55,060 nt of DNA from an uncultured Ruminococcus sp. (lineage in GTDB: Bacteria; Bacillota; Clostridia; Oscillospirales; CAG-272), in contig CACZAZ010000005.1 of NCBI GenBank assembly GCA_902779285.1, forward strand, positions 1 to 55,060, read 5' to 3'. Each line of letters opens with the position of its first letter. Position 1 is the stretch's first letter. Under the pieces are notes generated by a model. That model saw only the letters and a list, made by a program, of their open reading frames with translations. It was not told where the DNA came from and searched no databases. A program made the position numbers and the translations under genes. Positions 16,357 to 26,402 of this stretch are shown here, in pieces.

Positions 16357-18147
16357 TCAGTCGTCCCCGAACAGAGCCCCGGTGAACGCCGCGTTCGCCG
16401 CCGCGACGCGCAGGGCGAAGTCGTCGGCAATGCCGTTCAGTTCGGTCACGCGATCGGACGCCTCCGCGTAGCCGGCGTTCGCGTAGGGGAGCAGAAGAAG
16501 GGCGGCGCGGATCAGCCGGTACTGCTCGCGCAGGGCCTTGCCCTCCGTTTCCGTTTCGTTGCGGTCCATCCGGAACTGCGCCGTGTAGGTCGCGTTCGCG
16601 CTTGCCTGACGGACGGTTTTGTCCCATTGTACGAAGGTATAGTCAAACAGGTTGGAGGGGAGTTCGAGCGAGCCGTCGAAGTGCGGCGTTTCCCCTTTGA
16701 GGCAGACCGTCTCGTAGGTCTCGCCCGCGACCTGCCAGGTGATGACGTAGCCCCCCTTGGAGCGCTTCTCCTCGGTGACGTTCCCGCTATTGGGATCGCG
16801 CATCAAGGCGAGAATGAAGGTGACGGTGTTCTCGTCGGCGTACGCTCTCATTCCGAAGACCGTGCCGGACAGCGACAGATAGCGGTCCACGCGGGTCCCC
16901 GCCGCCGCGCCCGAGCCCGGGGCGTAGGAGTAGACGCTGTCCTCGCCGTTCCAGTAGAGTTTGCCGTTCAGATACCAGAGCCCCGCGTAGGTCCCCTGCC
17001 ATACCCCGCCTAAGGCGTGCCATTGAAGCCCGAGCGAAAAGAGTTCCGTGAACTGCTCGGTTTTCGGATCGTAGGTGACGAGTTTCCCGTCGCTGATCGC
17101 GTAGACGCCGTCGGTCGTGCAGACGAAGGGGGTCGTCACGTCGGCAAAGAAGCCGTCGTAGTTGCCGCTCGTCGCCCGGACGGGGGAGACCCAGCCGACG
17201 TTGGTCGGATCGTGATGGTTGCGGTCGGCGCCGTAGCCCTGATCGAAGAACGCGTCCGACGCGAGAAAGTAATCGTGCGAGACCTGCCCGTAAAAGCCCT
17301 TGTCGTCCCGGTCGTCCCAGGTCACGTCCATGTGATACCAGGCGTTGCCGATCTTGACGATATTCCACTCGTGGTTCAATCCATCGCAGGAAACGCACTC
17401 GCACTCGACGCCGAGTTTTTTGAGCAGGTAGCGGGTGAGCAGCGAGTACGCCTGGCAGACGCCGATCTTCTCTTTCAGCATCCGGTAGGCGTCGTAGACG
17501 GCTTGCTCCTTTTCGTCGTCGTCGTAGGCTCTGTGGTCGTAGTCGTAGTTCAGCGCGATATAGTCGTGGATGAAAGCGACCTTTTCCCACGTCGACGCCT
17601 TGGGATCGACCTTCGCAAGGATCGCGTTCGCCAACTCATGGAATTCGGCGAGTTGCGTTTGCGTGGTTTCGCGAACCTGTTTTACTTCTTCATCGGTAGC
17701 GGGGGAAGGTAATTCACTATAGATGAAATAAACTGTTTGGACGATGTTGTTCGAAAAGGAATACCTGTAAAGATAGGGAAGGAAAAAGAGTTCCGCCTCG
17801 GAATAGAAGAGAGACTTGCAAATCAGGGCGAAATCACTTTCGGTCAAATTGTATTTTGTTACACTAATCTCTGCACATATATAGTGATGCTTCACGAAAG
17901 ATTTGTCCGTTTGCGTTACTGCAGTTGCCCTACATTTCAGAAGTTCTTCAAGCAGATAGAGGTATGCCTCGCTCTCGGTGATCAGACCGCTGTCGGGGGA
18001 AGACGATTGCAGGGCGGGGACCGACGCTTCTTCGGTCTCCGTTCCGATCTCCCTCGTGCCGAGGGGGGAGAACAGCGGGAGCAGCAGAAGGACGGCGACG
18101 AGCAGCGCCGCGATCCGTTTGCACGCCGACCAAGATACGGTTTTCAT
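16357..18147 (-). CDS. Secreted transglutaminase-like (Cys-His-Asp) domain protein
   Basis: N-terminal signal/TM segment; IHDYIALN..YD, GVCQAYS (Cys), HEWNIV (His), YHMDVTWD (Asp); C-terminal YTFVQWDK...ATYTAQF repeat-like segment. Confidence 0.85.
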   Translation of the reverse strand: MKTVSWSACKRIAALLVAVLLLLPLFSPLGTREIGTETEEASVPALQSSSPDSGLITESEAYLYLLEELLKCRATAVTQTDKSFVKHHYICAEISVTKYNLTESDFALICKSLFYSEAELFFLPYLYRYSFSNNIVQTVYFIYSELPSPATDEEVKQVRETTQTQLAEFHELANAILAKVDPKASTWEKVAFIHDYIALNYDYDHRAYDDDEKEQAVYDAYRMLKEKIGVCQAYSLLTRYLLKKLGVECECVSCDGLNHEWNIVKIGNAWYHMDVTWDDRDDKGFYGQVSHDYFLASDAFFDQGYGADRNHHDPTNVGWVSPVRATSGNYDGFFADVTTPFVCTTDGVYAISDGKLVTYDPKTEQFTELFSLGLQWHALGGVWQGTYAGLWYLNGKLYWNGEDSVYSYAPGSGAAAGTRVDRYLSLSGTVFGMRAYADENTVTFILALMRDPNSGNVTEEKRSKGGYVITWQVAGETYETVCLKGETPHFDGSLELPSNLFDYTFVQWDKTVRQASANATYTAQFRMDRNETETEGKALREQYRLIRAALLLLPYANAGYAEASDRVTELNGIADDFALRVAAANAAFTGALFGDD

Positions 18148-18250
18148 TATGGAACTCCTTTCAAAAAAGGGAGGATTCTTTTACCTATTATATCACTCGC
18201 GCGTGTATTTGTCAATCGAGACCTTTACGGCGGCAAACGGGAAAAACAAA

Positions 18251-18274
18251 CGGCTCCCGCGTTCGCGGGAGCCG
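18251..18274 (-). terminator. Terminator after parC
   Basis: CGGCTCCCGCG-tt-CGCGGGAGCCG with an A-rich left flank. Confidence 0.7.
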
Positions 18275-18287
18275 AAAGGGGAGAAGA

Positions 18288-20405
18288 TCATTTCCGTTTG
18301 GCGATCCCGGTCACGGTCACGCCTTCGGGGAGTTTGATCCCCCTTACGCCGTAGGTGCGGCGTCCGGTGACGGGGATCGGGTCCTTGCGCGGCTTTCGCT
18401 TGCCGTCCGAGAGCAGCAGATCGACGGTCGACGCGCCCGCGAGCAGACCCGTGTAGATCAGTTTGTCGCCCTCGCGGAGCAGAGCCGATTCGTACTTCTT
18501 GCGGTTGATCTTGTATTCCGAAAATGCGGAGCATTTCAGCATCCCGCGCTCGGTCGCGGTCAGAACGGTCTCCTCGTCCGAAAGGGTCGACGGCAGCACG
18601 CAGAGCAGATAGTCGTCCGTGAAATCGCGGATCAGTTTCTCCGGGATCACGCCTTTGTCCTTGGCGGAGCGGCATTCGGGGATATCCCCGGCGCAGAGTT
18701 GGTACACGCCCGCCCGGTTGCCGAAGAAATAGAGGGTGACGTCGGTCCGCGTTTTGACGAACAGCTCCGCGGGGGTGGTTGCTGATTTCTGCATATTTTC
18801 AAAGATCTTTTCGCTCACGCGGTGGAGGTTCCCGGTCTCGTCGATATAGGCGACGGTGTCCTCCGCCACCCGGAAGTCGTCGAGTTTGACGGTCTCCTCC
18901 TCGATCTCGCCCGCAAGTTCGGTGCGGCGCTCGGAGTGCAGCGCCCGCTTGACCTCCTTCAGCGAGTCGATGATCGCGCGGTCCATCTCGGCGGGATCCC
19001 CGAGCAGGCGTTCGTAGTTCGCGATACTCTCTCTGACCTTCGCCAGTTCGTTTTCGAGCGTCTCGATCTCAAGACCCGTCAGCCGGCGGAGTTTCATTTC
19101 GAGGATGGCTTCCGCCTGCCGGTCGGAGAGGTTGAACTCGGCGCAGAGCTGCTCCTTCGCGGCGGCGGGGGTCTTCGAGCCCCGGATCACCGCGATCACG
19201 CGGTCGATATTGAGCGCCGCGATCGTCAGCCCCCCGAGGATCTCCTCGCGGTCGCGGGCGACCCGCAGATCGTAGTTGATCCGGCGGCGTTCGATCTTGC
19301 GCCGGAACGCAACGTAGTAGTTGACGGCGTCGACCAAGGAAAGCTGCTTCGGGCGCCCCTCCGCGATCGCAATCATATTGACGGCGAAGGTCTTTTGCAG
19401 GTCGGTGTAGCGGTAGAGGTAGGTCAGCAGTTTGTCGGCGTCGTAGCCCCGCTTGACCTCGATGACGGCGCGGATCCCGGTGCGGTCGGATTCGTCGCGG
19501 ACGTCCGAGATCTGCTGGATGATCTCGCGCTTCGACTGCGCGTGTTCCAGCACTTTGGCGAGCAGTTCCGCCTTGTTCGACTGGAAGGGGAACTCGGTGA
19601 TGACGATATTGGTCTTGCCGTCCGGGAGTTTCTCGGTCACGGCGCGGGCGCGGACGTAGAGTTTGCCCTCTCCCGTCGCGTAGACGGCGGGCAGATCCTG
19701 CGGGTTGACGATGATCCCGCCGGTCGGGAAATCGGGACCCTTGATATGCTTCATCAGCCCTTCGAGCGTGAGTTTCGGGTTTTTGATCGCGTGGATGACG
19801 CCGTCGATCACCTCGTCGGGATTGTGGGGCGGGACGTTGGTCGCAAGTCCGACCGCGATGCCCGCTGAGCCGTTGATCAGCAGGTTGGGGAAGAGCGCGG
19901 GCAGAACGTCGGGCTCGCGCCTCGTGTCGTCGAAGTTGAGCGAGGACGGCACGGTCTCCTTCGCGAGATCGCGCATCATCAGCAGGGCGGCGGGCGCCAT
20001 CCTCGCCTCGGTATAGCGGAAGGCGGCGGCGGTGTCCCCGTCCATCGAGCCGAAGTTCCCGTTCCCCTCGACGAGAGGAACGCGCATATTGAAGTCCTGC
20101 GCGAGCCGCACCATCGTGTCGTAGATGGAACTGTCGCCGTGGGGATGGTATTTCGCCATGGTCTCCCCGACGATGTTCGCGGATTTGCGGAAGGGCTTGT
20201 CGGGGGTCAGCCCTGCCTCGTTCATCGCGAACAGCACCCGGCGCTGCACGGGTTTCAGACCGTCCTCCACCCGCGGGACCGCGCGTTCGAGGATGACGTG
20301 TTCGGAATAGGGCATCATGGAGGCGTGCATCACGTCCTCCATATTGCGTTCGAGGATGACGGTATTGTCGACCGTTTCCTTCGGAGTCTTCGACTGTCGG
20401 CTCAC
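18288..20405 (-). CDS. parC: Type IIA topoisomerase subunit A, probably topoisomerase IV ParC
   Basis: DGLKPVQRR, KYHPHGDSSIY, GNFGS.DGD.AAAFRYTEAR, GIAVG.ATN.PPHN, GPDFPTGG; no GyrA box (QxRGGKG) and a short CTD; GTG start. Confidence 0.85.
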   Translation of the reverse strand: MSRQSKTPKETVDNTVILERNMEDVMHASMMPYSEHVILERAVPRVEDGLKPVQRRVLFAMNEAGLTPDKPFRKSANIVGETMAKYHPHGDSSIYDTMVRLAQDFNMRVPLVEGNGNFGSMDGDTAAAFRYTEARMAPAALLMMRDLAKETVPSSLNFDDTRREPDVLPALFPNLLINGSAGIAVGLATNVPPHNPDEVIDGVIHAIKNPKLTLEGLMKHIKGPDFPTGGIIVNPQDLPAVYATGEGKLYVRARAVTEKLPDGKTNIVITEFPFQSNKAELLAKVLEHAQSKREIIQQISDVRDESDRTGIRAVIEVKRGYDADKLLTYLYRYTDLQKTFAVNMIAIAEGRPKQLSLVDAVNYYVAFRRKIERRRINYDLRVARDREEILGGLTIAALNIDRVIAVIRGSKTPAAAKEQLCAEFNLSDRQAEAILEMKLRRLTGLEIETLENELAKVRESIANYERLLGDPAEMDRAIIDSLKEVKRALHSERRTELAGEIEEETVKLDDFRVAEDTVAYIDETGNLHRVSEKIFENMQKSATTPAELFVKTRTDVTLYFFGNRAGVYQLCAGDIPECRSAKDKGVIPEKLIRDFTDDYLLCVLPSTLSDEETVLTATERGMLKCSAFSEYKINRKKYESALLREGDKLIYTGLLAGASTVDLLLSDGKRKPRKDPIPVTGRRTYGVRGIKLPEGVTVTGIAKRK

Positions 20406-20408
20406 CTC

Positions 20409-22382
20409 TTACACCCTCACTTTCTTCGCGAACGCGTCCACTTTGTTGAAGTCGGCGTGCGCGAAAATGTAGTCCTGCCGTCTCGCGGCGTCGTCGCCCA
20501 TCAGGATCGTCACCATATTCTCGGCTTCCGCCGCGTCCTCGATCCCGACGCGGATCAGCGTGCGGTGCGCGGGATTCATCGTGGTCTCCCAGAGCAGTTC
20601 GGGATTCATCTCCCCGAGCCCTTTGTAGCGGGAAATGGTGTAGGCGGAACTCTTTTCAAACTGAGAGGTGATCTTCTCGCATTCGGCGTCGTCGTAGGCG
20701 AACCAGACCTTGCCGTCCGATTTGCGCTCGACGCGGTAGAGCGGCGGCATCCCGATATAGACGTGTCCCTCGAGGATCAGTTCCTTCATATAACGGTAGA
20801 AGAAGGTCAGGAGCAGCGCCCGGATGTGCGCGCCGTCCTGGTCCGCGTCCGCCAGGATGATGACCTTGTCGTAGCGGAGGTTGGCGATATTGAAGTCGCG
20901 TCCGACCCCCGTTCCGAGGGCGGTGATGATCGAACGGATCTCCTCGTTTGCGAGCAGGGCTTCGAGGCGGCGCTTTTCGCTGTTGACGGGCTTGCCGCGC
21001 AGCGGGAGGATCGCCTGGAAATTCCGGTCGCGCCCCTGCTTCGCGGAGCCGCCCGCGGAGTCGCCCTCGACGATGAACATTTCGTTTTTCGAGAAATCGC
21101 GCCCGATGCTCGCGGCGAACTTGCCGACCAGCGCCGTGACCTCCAGACTGTTCTTTTGCCTTGCGAGATCGTTTGCTTTTTTGGTCGCCTCGCGCACGCC
21201 CCGCGCCGCCTTCGCCTTTTCGAGCGCCGCCTTCACGACCGCCTGATTGGAGCGGTTCTGGGTGAAGCGCCCGAGTTGTTCGGTAACGATGGTCTCGACC
21301 GCCGTGCGTACCGAGATGTTGCCGAGTTTGGTCTTGGTCTGCCCCTCGAACTGCGCCTCTTTCATCTTGACGTGCAGGATGACGGTCAGCCCCTCGCGCA
21401 GATCCTCACCGATATAGTTATCGTCCTTTTCTTTCAATACGCCGAGCTCGCGGGCGGCGGTGTTGAAGACCTTGGTAAGGGCGGTCTTGAAACCCGTCTC
21501 GTGCGTGCCGCCCTCGGTGGTGCGGATATTGTTGACGTAGGAGAGGATGGTATCGCTGAAGCCGTCGGTGTGCTGGATCGCGGCGGTCAGACGGACGCCG
21601 TCGGATTCGCCCGCGATCAGGATGGGCTCCTCGTAGAGCGGTTTCTTCCCCTGGTGGAAGAACTTCATATAGTCGACGAGCCCGTTCTTGTAACTGTAGA
21701 CGAAGTGGTTTTCGCCCTCGACGCGCCGCTCGTCCCGGAACGTAATGGTCAGCCCCGCGTTCAGAAACGCCAGTTCGCGCAGTTTGTTCTGGATGGTGTT
21801 GAAGTCGAAGTGGATGGTGTTGAACACGCGGTCGTCGGGCATAAAGGTCACGGAGGATCCGTGTCCCGGCACGTCGCGCCCCACGACGCGGAGTTTGCGT
21901 TTGAGCACCCCCGAGCGGACGTTCCCTTCCTCGTCCTCGGGGCTCTCGAACTCGATGCGGTAGCGTTTGCCGTCCCGGATCGATTCCGCGACGAGCCAGC
22001 GCGAAAGGGCGTTGACGACCGACGCGCCCACGCCGTGAAGACCGCCCGCGTAGGAATAGCTCTTTCCGTCGAACTTTCCGCCCGCGTGCAGTTTCGTAAA
22101 GATCAGTTCAATGCCCGGTACCTGCGTTCCGGGGTGGATGTCGACCGGCATCCCGCGCCCGTTGTCGGTGACGGTCAGGCTGCCGTCGGGGTGAACCGTC
22201 ACGTCGATCCTGTCGGCAAATCCGTTCGCGGCTTCGTCCACCGCGTTGTCGACGATCTCCCAGACCATGTGGTGGAGACCTCTGACGTCGGTGTCCCCGA
22301 TATACATACCCGGGCGCCGTCTGACCGGCTCCAACCCCTCCAGGACCGTGATGGAACTCGCATTGTATTCGTTTTTCGCCAT
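20409..22382 (-). CDS. parE: Type IIA topoisomerase subunit B, probably topoisomerase IV ParE
   Basis: LEGLEPVRRRPGMYIG, EIVDNAVDE, DNGRGMP, GGLHGVGASVVNALS, VEGDSAGGSAKQGR, PLRGK, DADQDG, RYKGLGEMN. Confidence 0.88.
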   Translation of the reverse strand: MAKNEYNASSITVLEGLEPVRRRPGMYIGDTDVRGLHHMVWEIVDNAVDEAANGFADRIDVTVHPDGSLTVTDNGRGMPVDIHPGTQVPGIELIFTKLHAGGKFDGKSYSYAGGLHGVGASVVNALSRWLVAESIRDGKRYRIEFESPEDEEGNVRSGVLKRKLRVVGRDVPGHGSSVTFMPDDRVFNTIHFDFNTIQNKLRELAFLNAGLTITFRDERRVEGENHFVYSYKNGLVDYMKFFHQGKKPLYEEPILIAGESDGVRLTAAIQHTDGFSDTILSYVNNIRTTEGGTHETGFKTALTKVFNTAARELGVLKEKDDNYIGEDLREGLTVILHVKMKEAQFEGQTKTKLGNISVRTAVETIVTEQLGRFTQNRSNQAVVKAALEKAKAARGVREATKKANDLARQKNSLEVTALVGKFAASIGRDFSKNEMFIVEGDSAGGSAKQGRDRNFQAILPLRGKPVNSEKRRLEALLANEEIRSIITALGTGVGRDFNIANLRYDKVIILADADQDGAHIRALLLTFFYRYMKELILEGHVYIGMPPLYRVERKSDGKVWFAYDDAECEKITSQFEKSSAYTISRYKGLGEMNPELLWETTMNPAHRTLIRVGIEDAAEAENMVTILMGDDAARRQDYIFAHADFNKVDAFAKKVRV

Positions 22383-22426
22383 GAGTTCGGTTTCCTCCGG
22401 TATTGCGGTTTTGATTCTATTAAATC

Positions 22427-22469
22427 ATTATACCCCGTTTCTCCCCCGGTGTCAAGCGATTTTTCCACA
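22427..22469 (-). promoter_or_regulatory. sigma-A promoter of parE-parC with an adjacent DnaA-box-like 9-mer
   Basis: Minus strand TTGACA-17 nt-TATAAT; TTTTCCACA at 22461-22469 just upstream of the -35. Confidence 0.7.
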
Positions 22470-22535
22470 GGTTGACGTCGGACCGCCCGAATCGTCTATA
22501 TATAGTTGTCGAATTCGCCGAAAACGACGTCAGAC

Positions 22536-22566
22536 AAAAAAACAAGCGCCCCGATCGGGGCGCTTG
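22536..22566 (-). terminator. Terminator after the CvpA-like gene
   Basis: CAAGCGCCCCG-at-CGGGGCGCTTG with a T tail on minus. Confidence 0.8.
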
Positions 22567-22578
22567 GGGAAAGCGGGA

Positions 22579-24165
22579 TCAGTTGCCGCCGTTCATCGTG
22601 GCGAGGAACGCTTCGATATCCTCCGCGGTGATCGACTGCTCGGGATCCTCGAGCTTCGCTTTGAGGTCCGGATCCTGCGCCATCGCGTCGGCAAGCAGAT
22701 CCTTCGCGATCGAGATCATTTCGCTGTTGATCGCAACGTCGGGGTTATCGTCGAGCGCCGTCTGCACGTCGGAGCCGATGAACGAATCCGGATCGTTGAA
22801 GAACGACTGCAGATCCGAAGAATCGATCCCGTTCAGGGCGTTCGCCATATCGGTCGTCATCTGGTGATACTCGATATACTCGGGCGAACTCTTCTCGGGG
22901 ATGTCGATGTAGCTGGCGACGACCGCCTTGACCGCCGCTCTTTCGAGCGCGTCGCAGACCGCGTCGTAGTTGTGGTACTCGTTGTTCCTCAGGGCAAACC
23001 GGACGTCGGGGATCAGCGTCGGGTCGCTCGAGAGCTTGTTCTTCATCGCGTCGGCGTCGTCGATGATCGGGAAGACCCCGTGATCCTCAAAGACGTCCAT
23101 CAGCCGGACCAGCGTATCGAAGTTCGCGGCGACCTCGGTCTTCGCGCCCGCGGCGTCGGATTTCGGGTAAGCCGACGTGTTCGCCAGCACTTTGTAGAGC
23201 TCGATCATCGCCTCTTGGAATTCTCCCGAGATCTCGGGCGCCTTGATCGAGAGGAAAGTCCCCGTCCCGTCGCCGTCGGGACCCAGCCATCCGTTGCCGG
23301 CGGCGTTCAGAAGGGCGGTGATCAGACGCGGGAAGAGCGAGGACTTGTCGATATCGTCCACCAGCTTGTCCATCGCGTCGATCTGGTCCTGCGTGTACTC
23401 TTTGATATTCGTGCCGATCAGGGGGAAGCTGTGCGCGTAGAGCGCGGCGACGTTGTCGGTCTCTTCCTTGATATTGACCTCTTTGCCGTCCACCTCGTAG
23501 CGCATCAGAGAATTGCAGATCGGGGTGCCGGCGTACTTGTCCACCAGCTGATAGATCGGGGCGTCGGTGATCGAGAGAATCTGTTCTTTATATCCCGAGA
23601 GCTGATCGACCGCGGCGACGTTGTAGCGGTCGTCCTTCTCCTCCTCGATCGTGTCGATCGCGGAGACGGCGTTGGTGAGCAGCCCGCAGAGCGGGACCAT
23701 GATCGCGACGGTGATAACGGCGCCCTGCGCCGCGCCGATCACGCCGCCGAGCAGACGGAAACTGCGTTTCGGACCGGAGAAGAAGCCGATGATCACCGCG
23801 ACGAGCCACAGAACGATCGCCGCGATAAAGAAGATCAGGGTGAAGAAGACGGGCGAGAGGATCGCGACCGGCAGCCCGATCAGAAGATCGTAGGCGTCGG
23901 GGACCTGCTCCTTCAGCTGGTCGAGGACCGTGATCTTCAGAAGACCGAGCAGTTTCTGCGTCCAGGGATGGTTCAAAACCTTCTCGGTGTTCGAGAGAAA
24001 ATACCTGCAGGCGAACAGCGAGCCGAAGAAGGCGACAGCCACGAAAAGAAAGTGGATGAACGCCCGCTTGAAGCCGCGGAGCAGCCCGATCAGCGCCCCG
24101 AAACCGACGAGGACGCCCGCAAGGATCAGAAGGACCGTGGGGCCGTTATTGAGGATCATTTCCAT
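22579..24165 (-). CDS. CvpA-like membrane protein with a large acidic helical C-terminal domain
   Basis: Four N-terminal TM helices with G.L.GL.RGF.R and RLLGGVIGAAQG motifs. Confidence 0.7.
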   Translation of the reverse strand: MEMILNNGPTVLLILAGVLVGFGALIGLLRGFKRAFIHFLFVAVAFFGSLFACRYFLSNTEKVLNHPWTQKLLGLLKITVLDQLKEQVPDAYDLLIGLPVAILSPVFFTLIFFIAAIVLWLVAVIIGFFSGPKRSFRLLGGVIGAAQGAVITVAIMVPLCGLLTNAVSAIDTIEEEKDDRYNVAAVDQLSGYKEQILSITDAPIYQLVDKYAGTPICNSLMRYEVDGKEVNIKEETDNVAALYAHSFPLIGTNIKEYTQDQIDAMDKLVDDIDKSSLFPRLITALLNAAGNGWLGPDGDGTGTFLSIKAPEISGEFQEAMIELYKVLANTSAYPKSDAAGAKTEVAANFDTLVRLMDVFEDHGVFPIIDDADAMKNKLSSDPTLIPDVRFALRNNEYHNYDAVCDALERAAVKAVVASYIDIPEKSSPEYIEYHQMTTDMANALNGIDSSDLQSFFNDPDSFIGSDVQTALDDNPDVAINSEMISIAKDLLADAMAQDPDLKAKLEDPEQSITAEDIEAFLATMNGGN

Positions 24166-24195
24166 CGTATGTACCTCCGTATTGAGTCAAAATCG

Positions 24196-24795
24196 TCAGA
24201 GCAAACCGCGCTGCCGCATCAGAGCCACGCGCGCGAGCGCCGCCTGGGTCTTCCCGTCGGTGATCTCGCCCCGAACGATCGCGTCCGTGAGTTCTTCGAG
24301 CGGGATCCGTTTCACCGAGAGGAATTCGTCGTCGTCAAGGTCGCGCTCGCCCTCGGAAAGTTCGGTCGCGAGGTAGAGCGTGATGCGTTCGTCGACGATC
24401 GCGGGCGAGCCGAAATAGTCGCCGAGGCAGATCAGCTTTCCGGCGGTGAGTCCGGTCTCCTCGCGGAGTTCGCGCCGAGCCGCCGCTTCACGGTCCTCGT
24501 CGGGGGCGTCGAGTTTCCCCGCGGGGATCTCGATCATGATCCTGCCGACCGCGTAGCGGAACTGTTCTTCCACGGCGACCGTCCCGTCGGGGAAGAGCGG
24601 TACGATCGCGACGGCGCCCTTGTGCCGGATCAGTTCGCGGGTCGCGATCCGTCCGTTCGGGAGCTTGACCCGATCGACCTCCAGATCGAAAACCGCGCCC
24701 GAAAACAGGCGCTCGCCCTCGACCCTGGTCTCGAGAAGCTCGTCCGGGTCGGTTTTGATCAGCGGCGACCTATCGGCGCCTCCCGTGCTTTTCAT
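24196..24795 (-). CDS. nudF: NUDIX hydrolase, ADP-ribose pyrophosphatase-like
   Basis: QFRY...EIPAGKLD....AAARRELREETG Nudix box, LDDDEFL, ITDGKT; GGAGG RBS. Confidence 0.85.
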   Translation of the reverse strand: MKSTGGADRSPLIKTDPDELLETRVEGERLFSGAVFDLEVDRVKLPNGRIATRELIRHKGAVAIVPLFPDGTVAVEEQFRYAVGRIMIEIPAGKLDAPDEDREAAARRELREETGLTAGKLICLGDYFGSPAIVDERITLYLATELSEGERDLDDDEFLSVKRIPLEELTDAIVRGEITDGKTQAALARVALMRQRGLL

Positions 24796-24892
24796 CGCGA
24801 TCCTCCGCAACTTGATTCGAGATGAGTATAGCACAATTCCCCTTTTCTGTCAAGAGAGAAAAAGGTCGGGGCGTCCCTTTTCCTGTCTTGCG

Positions 24893-25270
24893 TCAGTTTG
24901 CGCGGCGGCGGGAAAAGAACAGACAGAACGGCAGCGAGAGAAGACCCCAGAGCAGGGCGTAGGGGAGGCAGATCTGCCCGAGAAACTGACAGGGGAGATC
25001 CGAGTAATCCCAGACGTCCATCCCGAGCCAGATATTGAAGACGGCGCCGAAGAGCAGTTCGGTCAGCGTGATGATCCCGCACGAAGTCAGGAGACGAAGA
25101 CCGAGCGAGCCGCGGGCAAGGTCCCGGTTGACGCGGAAGAGCAGAACTGCCGAGAGCCCGCCCGCCAGCGCCATCGTCGGGTGGGTACAGCCGCGCCAGA
25201 GGATCTCAAGCGCGGGATAGCCGAGCGCGCCGGCAAGAAAGACCGAGGCGTCGGTGCGTATTCTGTCCAT
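24893..25270 (-). CDS. Small four-TM membrane protein (putative ABC permease/CmpB-TMEM229-like)
   Basis: GYPALEILWRG.TH.TM.LAGG, ITLTELLFG, VWDYS....FLGQICL.Y.LLW; GGAGG RBS. Confidence 0.75.
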   Translation of the reverse strand: MDRIRTDASVFLAGALGYPALEILWRGCTHPTMALAGGLSAVLLFRVNRDLARGSLGLRLLTSCGIITLTELLFGAVFNIWLGMDVWDYSDLPCQFLGQICLPYALLWGLLSLPFCLFFSRRRAN

Positions 25271-25302
25271 AGTTACCTCCTCGGGGAGAATTCGGCAGGG
25301 GA

Positions 25303-25331
25303 TAGGATGTCCCTCCCGGCGCCGAATATAC
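25303..25331 (-). promoter_or_regulatory. Possible forespore sigma-G/sigma-F promoter
   Basis: Minus strand GTATA-17 nt-CATCCTA, compared with the sigma-G consensus GHATA-N17/18-CATWHTA. Confidence 0.45.
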
Positions 25332-25433
25332 GGGCGGGCGCGCGTAAAAGAAAAAAAAGAGGGAAACCCCTTGCAAATCGGGCGGCGAAAAGGTATAATA
25401 GAAGCGTCATCAAATGAAAAGGAGATTTTTCCT

Positions 25434-26402
25434 ATGAAACTCGGCGTTCTGACCAACCTGTTCGGCAAAATGTCGCTTGAGGAGGCGCTCACCAAGTTCG
25501 AGGCGCTCGGCATCGAGGCGGCGGAGATCGGCTGCGGCGGCTATCCCGGCAAGGCGCATTGCGATCCGAAAGTGCTGCTGAACGACCAAAAGGCGCTCGA
25601 CGAGTTCAAGGCGACGCTCGCCCGTCACCATATCGAACTCTCCAACCTGTCGGCGCACGGCAACCCCGTCCACCCCGACAAGAAGATCGCGAAGGCGTTC
25701 CACGACGACTTCATCGACGCGGTCCTGCTCGCGGAAAAACTCGGCGTCGACACCGTCGTTACCTTCTCGGGCTGCCCCGGCGGTTCCCCCGAAGACAAGA
25801 CCCCGAACTGGGCGACCTGCGCCTGGCCGGAGGATTTCCGCGCAGTTCTCAAATATCAGTGGGACGAGGTGCTGATCCCCTACTGGAAGAAGACCGCCGA
25901 GTTCGCGAGAAACCACGGCGTCACCAAGATCGCGTTCGAAATGCACCCCGGCTTCTGCGTCTACAACCCCGAGACCATGCTCCGCATCCGCGAGGCGGTC
26001 GGCGAGACGCTGGGCGCGAACTTCGATCCCTCTCACCTGATCTGGCAGGGCATCGATCCCGTCGCCGCGATCAAGGCGCTCGAGGGCGCGATCTACCACT
26101 TCCACGCCAAGGATACCAAACTGGACAAGTACAACGTCGCGAAGTTCGGCGTGCTGGATACCAAACGCTACCAGGACGAGGCGCACCGTTCGTGGATTTT
26201 CCGTTCGGTCGGCTACGGCAACGGACTGGACTACTGGCGCGACATCATCTCGGCGCTCCGGCTGGTCGGCTACGACAAGGTGATGAGCATCGAGCACGAA
26301 GACAGCTTGATGACCCCCGAAGAGGGGCTGCGCCACGCGGTGGAGTTCCTGAAGCAGTCGATCATCAAGGAGCCGAAGCCCGGTTCGATCAGCTGGGCTT
26401 GA
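25434..26402 (+). CDS. Sugar phosphate isomerase/epimerase (xylose isomerase-like TIM barrel)
   Basis: EIGCGGYPG.AH, LSAHGNP.HP, FSGCPG, FEMHPGF, NFDPSHL.WQG, HFHAKD, SIEHED; TTGCAA-17-TATAAT promoter at 25371-25399. Confidence 0.88.
   Translation: MKLGVLTNLFGKMSLEEALTKFEALGIEAAEIGCGGYPGKAHCDPKVLLNDQKALDEFKATLARHHIELSNLSAHGNPVHPDKKIAKAFHDDFIDAVLLAEKLGVDTVVTFSGCPGGSPEDKTPNWATCAWPEDFRAVLKYQWDEVLIPYWKKTAEFARNHGVTKIAFEMHPGFCVYNPETMLRIREAVGETLGANFDPSHLIWQGIDPVAAIKALEGAIYHFHAKDTKLDKYNVAKFGVLDTKRYQDEAHRSWIFRSVGYGNGLDYWRDIISALRLVGYDKVMSIEHEDSLMTPEEGLRHAVEFLKQSIIKEPKPGSISWA

Noticed and set aside
17670-17970. Diversity-generating retroelement variable region
   Set aside because: No reverse transcriptase and no template repeat with adenine-specific mismatches in the window; the patch is N-terminal rather than C-terminal
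18288-22382. gyrA/gyrB assignment
   Set aside because: Subunit A lacks the GyrA box and has a shortened CTD, and the pair is not in the dnaA-recF context; topoisomerase IV is preferred
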